NCBI GenBank assembly: GCA_046723645.1
Contig: JBKOUY010000044.1
Coordinates: 14,199 to 78,198 of the forward strand
DNA from: Actinomycetota bacterium
GTDB lineage: Bacteria > Actinomycetota > Acidimicrobiia > Acidimicrobiales > VFJN01
DNA length: 64,000 nucleotides
Direction of reading: 5' to 3'
The notes under the pieces were generated by a model, which saw nothing but the letters and a program-made list of their open reading frames with translations, did not search any database and was not told the DNA's origin. Below are positions 60,524 to 64,000 of the stretch, one piece after another (position 1 is the stretch's first letter; every line of letters starts with the position of its first letter). Position numbers and translations under genes: made by a program.

Positions 60524-60643
60524 GCGGCACCTACACGCGATCCGGGGTCGACAAGAGCGTCCTCGACACTACGCCGCCGTGGACCGCGTCGACGGCGGTG
60601 CACGCCGCGTGCACTATTCGTGGTGGCGACGACGCAAAGTAGC

Positions 60644-60669
60644 GTTTGGCACCGTGAGGTGGGGGGTAC
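60644..60669 (+). promoter_or_regulatory. SigF/SigB-type promoter upstream of the second RsbW-like gene
   Basis: GTTT (60644-47), 16 nt, GGGTAC (60664-69), ending 10 nt before the ATG at 60680. Compare the GTTT-N(15-17)-GGGTAT consensus of SigF/SigB regulons. Confidence 0.4.
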
Positions 60670-60679
60670 GGCGAGCGCG

Positions 60680-61150
60680 ATGGACGTTCGAACCAGCACG
60701 AGGTTGCGGCGTCAGGCGGCCGCAGTCCCGGCGGCTCGCGGCTTCGTCGGCCACGCCTTGCGGTCGGCGGGGGTGACGCGAGGCGTGGCGGACAACCTCG
60801 TGCAGGCGGTGGCCGAAGCCTGCAACAACGCGATCCTCCACGCCGCCGGCGACACGTTCACCGTGACCGTCACCGTGCAGGACACTGCATGCACGCTGGT
60901 CATCAGCGATCTGGGCCGCGGCTTCGACCCACCCGAGCATGCGAGCATGCCGTCGCCCCAGGCGGTCAATCATCGTGGGCTGGCGCTGATGGAGGCGCTC
61001 GTCGACGAGGTCAAGGTGTCGAGCACGCCGGCCGGGACCACGGTGGTGCTCGTCCATGAGACCCCGACGGCCTCCCCCGAGGATCGCCCGAAGGCTTCGG
61101 CGGCGTCCTCGTTGGCTTCCGTGAGGCGGTTGGTCGCCCGCAGCAAGTAG
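60680..61150 (+). CDS. RsbW-type anti-sigma factor / serine protein kinase (HATPase_c-like, motifs intact)
   Basis: LVQAVAEACNNAILHA (N-box), ISDLGRGF (G1 box DxGxG), HRGLALMEALVDEV. Confidence 0.75.
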   Translation: MDVRTSTRLRRQAAAVPAARGFVGHALRSAGVTRGVADNLVQAVAEACNNAILHAAGDTFTVTVTVQDTACTLVISDLGRGFDPPEHASMPSPQAVNHRGLALMEALVDEVKVSSTPAGTTVVLVHETPTASPEDRPKASAASSLASVRRLVARSK

Positions 61151-61159
61151 GGCCACCGG

Positions 61160-61756
61160 TCAGCCGGCGGTGGGCATCCAGTCGGGCCGGCGGCGCTCGT
61201 AGTCGTAGACGGCCGTCGCGTGGCGGAGCGTGATCGCGATGTCGTCGAGGCCCTCGAGGAAGCGCTCGCGGGTGGCGTCGTCGAGCGGGAACGCGCACTC
61301 GATGTCGACGGTTCCGGCGGCCGACAGGAGGCGCCGCTCGACGTCGACGGTGAGCTCGAGCGCCGGATCGGCCTCGATCGCCCGGAGCAGCGTCTCACCC
61401 ACCTCCGGCGGGACCACGACCGGCACGAGCCCGTTCTTGGTGGCGTTGTTGCGGAAGATGTCGCCGAACCGTGTGCTGACGACAGCGGCGAAGCCGTAGT
61501 CCATCAGGGCCCAGACCGCGTGCTCCCGCGACGACCCGGTGCCGAAGTTGGGGCCGGCCACCAGGATCGCGGCCCCGGCGTAGCGCTCGTCGTTGAGCAC
61601 GAAGTGGCGGTCGTCGCGCCACGTCGCGAACAGGCCCCGCCCGAAGCCCGTCCGCTCGACCCTCTTCAGCCACTCGGCGGGGATGATCTGGTCGGTGTCC
61701 ACGTCGGAGCGGTCGAGCGGGACGGCGGTGCCCTGGACGATGCGGACCGGGTTCAT
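61160..61756 (-). CDS. leuD: 3-isopropylmalate dehydratase small subunit
   Basis: [33 protein letters not shown]. Confidence 0.92.
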   Translation of the reverse strand: MNPVRIVQGTAVPLDRSDVDTDQIIPAEWLKRVERTGFGRGLFATWRDDRHFVLNDERYAGAAILVAGPNFGTGSSREHAVWALMDYGFAAVVSTRFGDIFRNNATKNGLVPVVVPPEVGETLLRAIEADPALELTVDVERRLLSAAGTVDIECAFPLDDATRERFLEGLDDIAITLRHATAVYDYERRRPDWMPTAG

Positions 61757-63204
61757 GCGGGCACCGCGCTATCCAGGTCGTCCGGGGTGGCCAGCGTGCC
61801 GGCGATCGCCGTGGCGGCGGCGACGGCGGGAGAGACCAGGTGGGTGCGCCCGCCGCGCCCCTGGCGGCCCTCGAAGTTGCGGTTGCTGGTCGAGGCGCAG
61901 CGCTCGCCGGGGGCGAGCTTGTCGGGATTCATGGCCAGGCACATCGAGCAACCGGGCTCGCGCCAGTCGAAGCCGGCCGCCTCCAACACCTTGTCGATGC
62001 CCTCGGCCTCGGCCTGGGCCTTGACGGCATGGGACCCCGGCACGACCAGCGTGCGGACGCCCGGGGCGATTTTCCGGCCCGCGGCGACGGCAGCCACGGC
62101 CCGCAGGTCCTCGATCCGGCTGTTGGTGCACGACCCGATGAACACGGTGTCGACGACCACGTCGGACAGGGCCGTGCCGGCCGCCAGCCCCATGTACTCG
62201 AGCGCACGGCGGGCGGCGTCCCGCTCCGACGGGTCCGCGAAGGCGTCGGGGTCGGGCACCCGACCCGTGATCGGCGCCACCTGTCCCGGGTTGGTGCCCC
62301 AGGTCACGTGGGGGACCACGTCCGTGGCGTCGATGGCCACGTCCTTGTCGAACGCGGCGCCGTCGTCGGTGGGAAGCGTGCGCCAATGGTCGAGCGCTCG
62401 CTCCCAGGCGGCGCCGGTCGGCGCGTACCGGCGGCCCTCGAGGTAGGCGAACGTGGTGTCGTCGGGTGCGACGAGCCCCGCCTTGGCCCCGGCCTCGATG
62501 GACATGTTGCAGACGGTCATCCGCCCCTCCATCGACAGCCTGCGGATGGCGGAGCCCCGGTACTCGATGATCGAGCCGATGCCGCCACCGGTGCCGATGC
62601 GCCCGATGATGGCGAGGATCACGTCCTTGGCGGTCGCACCGGCGGACAACGCGCCCTCCACCGTCACGGCCATCGTCCCGGTCCGCTGCTGCGGCAGCGT
62701 CTGGGTCGCGAGTACGTGCTCGACCTCGCTGGTGCCGATCCCGAACGCCAACGCGCCGAACGCGCCGTGGGTCGACGTGTGGCTGTCGCCGCAGACGATG
62801 GTCATGCCGGGCTGGGTCAGCCCCTGCTCCGGGCCGATGATGTGGACGATGCCCTGGCCCGGCTCGCCGATGCCGTGGCAGGTGATGCCGAACTCGTCGC
62901 AGTTCGCACGCAGCACCTGCATCTGCTTCGCGGAGATCGGATCGGCGATGCGAGGCTCGCCGTCCAGGAGGTCGAGGCCCTCGGTCGGGACGTTGTGGTC
63001 CATCGTGGCGACCGTGAGGTCGGACCGGCGGACGCGGCGGCCGGCCAGCCGGAGCCCGTCGAACGCCTGCGCCGACGTCACCTCGTGCACGAGGTGAAGG
63101 TCGATGTAGAGCAGGTCCGGCTCACCCTCCGCGGACCGGACGACGTGGTCGTCCCAGACCTTCTGGCTCAGGGTGCGGGGACCCGTGGCTTGTGCTGTGG
63201 TCAT
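61753..63204 (-). CDS. leuC: 3-isopropylmalate dehydratase large subunit
   Basis: [50 protein letters not shown]-type overlap with leuD. Confidence 0.93.
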   Translation of the reverse strand: MTTAQATGPRTLSQKVWDDHVVRSAEGEPDLLYIDLHLVHEVTSAQAFDGLRLAGRRVRRSDLTVATMDHNVPTEGLDLLDGEPRIADPISAKQMQVLRANCDEFGITCHGIGEPGQGIVHIIGPEQGLTQPGMTIVCGDSHTSTHGAFGALAFGIGTSEVEHVLATQTLPQQRTGTMAVTVEGALSAGATAKDVILAIIGRIGTGGGIGSIIEYRGSAIRRLSMEGRMTVCNMSIEAGAKAGLVAPDDTTFAYLEGRRYAPTGAAWERALDHWRTLPTDDGAAFDKDVAIDATDVVPHVTWGTNPGQVAPITGRVPDPDAFADPSERDAARRALEYMGLAAGTALSDVVVDTVFIGSCTNSRIEDLRAVAAVAAGRKIAPGVRTLVVPGSHAVKAQAEAEGIDKVLEAAGFDWREPGCSMCLAMNPDKLAPGERCASTSNRNFEGRQGRGGRTHLVSPAVAAATAIAGTLATPDDLDSAVPA

Positions 63205-63229
63205 GTGGCCGTCTCGCAGCTTGTCTCAC

Positions 63230-63892
63230 ATGTTGAGATATGATTCTCAGGAAGTGAACAGCTTAAGCGGAGTCGGGGTCCTGGACAAGGCGGTTGGCGT
63301 CCTGGCGGCGCTCGAGCGCGGCCCACAGCCGCTGGCCGGCCTGGTCGCTGCGACCGGCCTGTCCCGCGCCACCGCGCATCGCCTGGCGGTGGCGCTCGAG
63401 GCCCATGGGCTGGTGCGCCGAGACGAGGACGGGCGCTTCACGCTCGGGCTGCGCCTCATCGGGCTGGGCCACGCCGCCGCCGAGGCCGTGCCGGGCTGGC
63501 TCGACGCGCGCCCCGCACTGGCGTGGCTGCAGGAGCAGACCGGCGAGTCGGTGCAGCTCTACGTGCGAGACGGCGACGTGCGGGTGTGCGTCGAATCGCT
63601 GGAGGCCCCGCACGAGCTGCGCACGATCGTCCCGGTCGGCGCCCGCCTGCCGCTCGACCGTGGATCCGCGGGCAGGGTGCTTCGGGACGCGGCGTCGGGG
63701 TGGGTCGAGAGCGTGGAGGAGCGCCAGGCGGGAGTGGCGTCGGTGAGCGCCCCGGTGGTCGATCCCTCCGGCCGGGTGCTGGCCGCCGTGAGCGTCAGCG
63801 GCCCCGTGGACAGGACGTCCCGCGCCCCGGGGCGCCGCTACGGCGCCGCCGTGACCGAGGCGGCCACCCGCATCTCCCGCAGCCTCGCCTGA
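63230..63892 (+). CDS. IclR-family transcriptional regulator divergent from leuCD (LtbR-like position)
   Basis: GVLDKAVGVLAALERGPQPLAGLVAATGLSRATAHRLAVALEAHGLV (wHTH), and the C-terminal effector domain SVSGP. The start is ATG 63230 or GTG 63257. Confidence 0.8.
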   Translation: MLRYDSQEVNSLSGVGVLDKAVGVLAALERGPQPLAGLVAATGLSRATAHRLAVALEAHGLVRRDEDGRFTLGLRLIGLGHAAAEAVPGWLDARPALAWLQEQTGESVQLYVRDGDVRVCVESLEAPHELRTIVPVGARLPLDRGSAGRVLRDAASGWVESVEERQAGVASVSAPVVDPSGRVLAAVSVSGPVDRTSRAPGRRYGAAVTEAATRISRSLA

Positions 63893-63955
63893 CGGCACGC
63901 TCACGGCGCCGCGCCGGGACCGACGAACGGGCCCGCCGCGGGGCTCCGGACGCGC

Positions 63956-64000
63956 TCAGTTCACCTGGCGGACCCGGCCCTCCCAGTACGGCGCCCGGAG
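63956..64000 (-). CDS. 3' end of an unidentified minus-strand gene running off the window
   Basis: Only ...LRAPYWEGRVRQVN-stop is visible, too short to classify. Confidence 0.2.
   Translation of the reverse strand, partial: LRAPYWEGRVRQVN

Overview
Very GC-rich chromosomal segment with the gene content of an Actinomycetota genome: a bL37-type mini ribosomal protein, a PASTA Ser/Thr kinase, F420-type LLM/PPOX oxidoreductases and a SigB/F-type partner-switching module. About 60 protein genes are supportable, mostly core metabolism and translation: gatCAB, ligA, rsmI, mnmA plus cysteine desulfurase, ychF, galT, ilvD, ilvBNC, leuA, leuCD, serA, serC, aspC and several peptidases. I saw no rRNA, convincing tRNA, CRISPR array, integrase or transposase gene. 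Many long ORFs in the track are alternate-frame or antisense artefacts of the high GC content. Content worth a second look: (1) a minus-strand five-gene string, FtsX permease, two ABC ATPases, a BNR beta-propeller and a MoaD/ThiS-like GG protein, all overlapping or nearly abutting. (2) A family of CTAG-bounded MITE-like elements, four copies, full-length and internally deleted, two of which supply the TAG stop of the adjacent gene. (3) A second REP-like repeat family (GAGGCAATGGCGAACGG units) at two loci, and a related 12-mer array upstream of an Xre-RES toxin-antitoxin pair. (4) A 308-bp lower-GC gap between convergent genes that looks like an sRNA gene. (5) Leader-peptide attenuators upstream of ilvB and leuA. 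(6) A MATE transporter gene whose middle is replaced by about 0.77 kb of unrelated DNA. (7) A sigma / two RsbW paralogues / STAS module with a SigF-type promoter. (8) A membrane-anchored AKKA-repeat histone-tail-like protein and an orphan small ParA. All functional calls rest on motif recognition by eye; no database search was possible.
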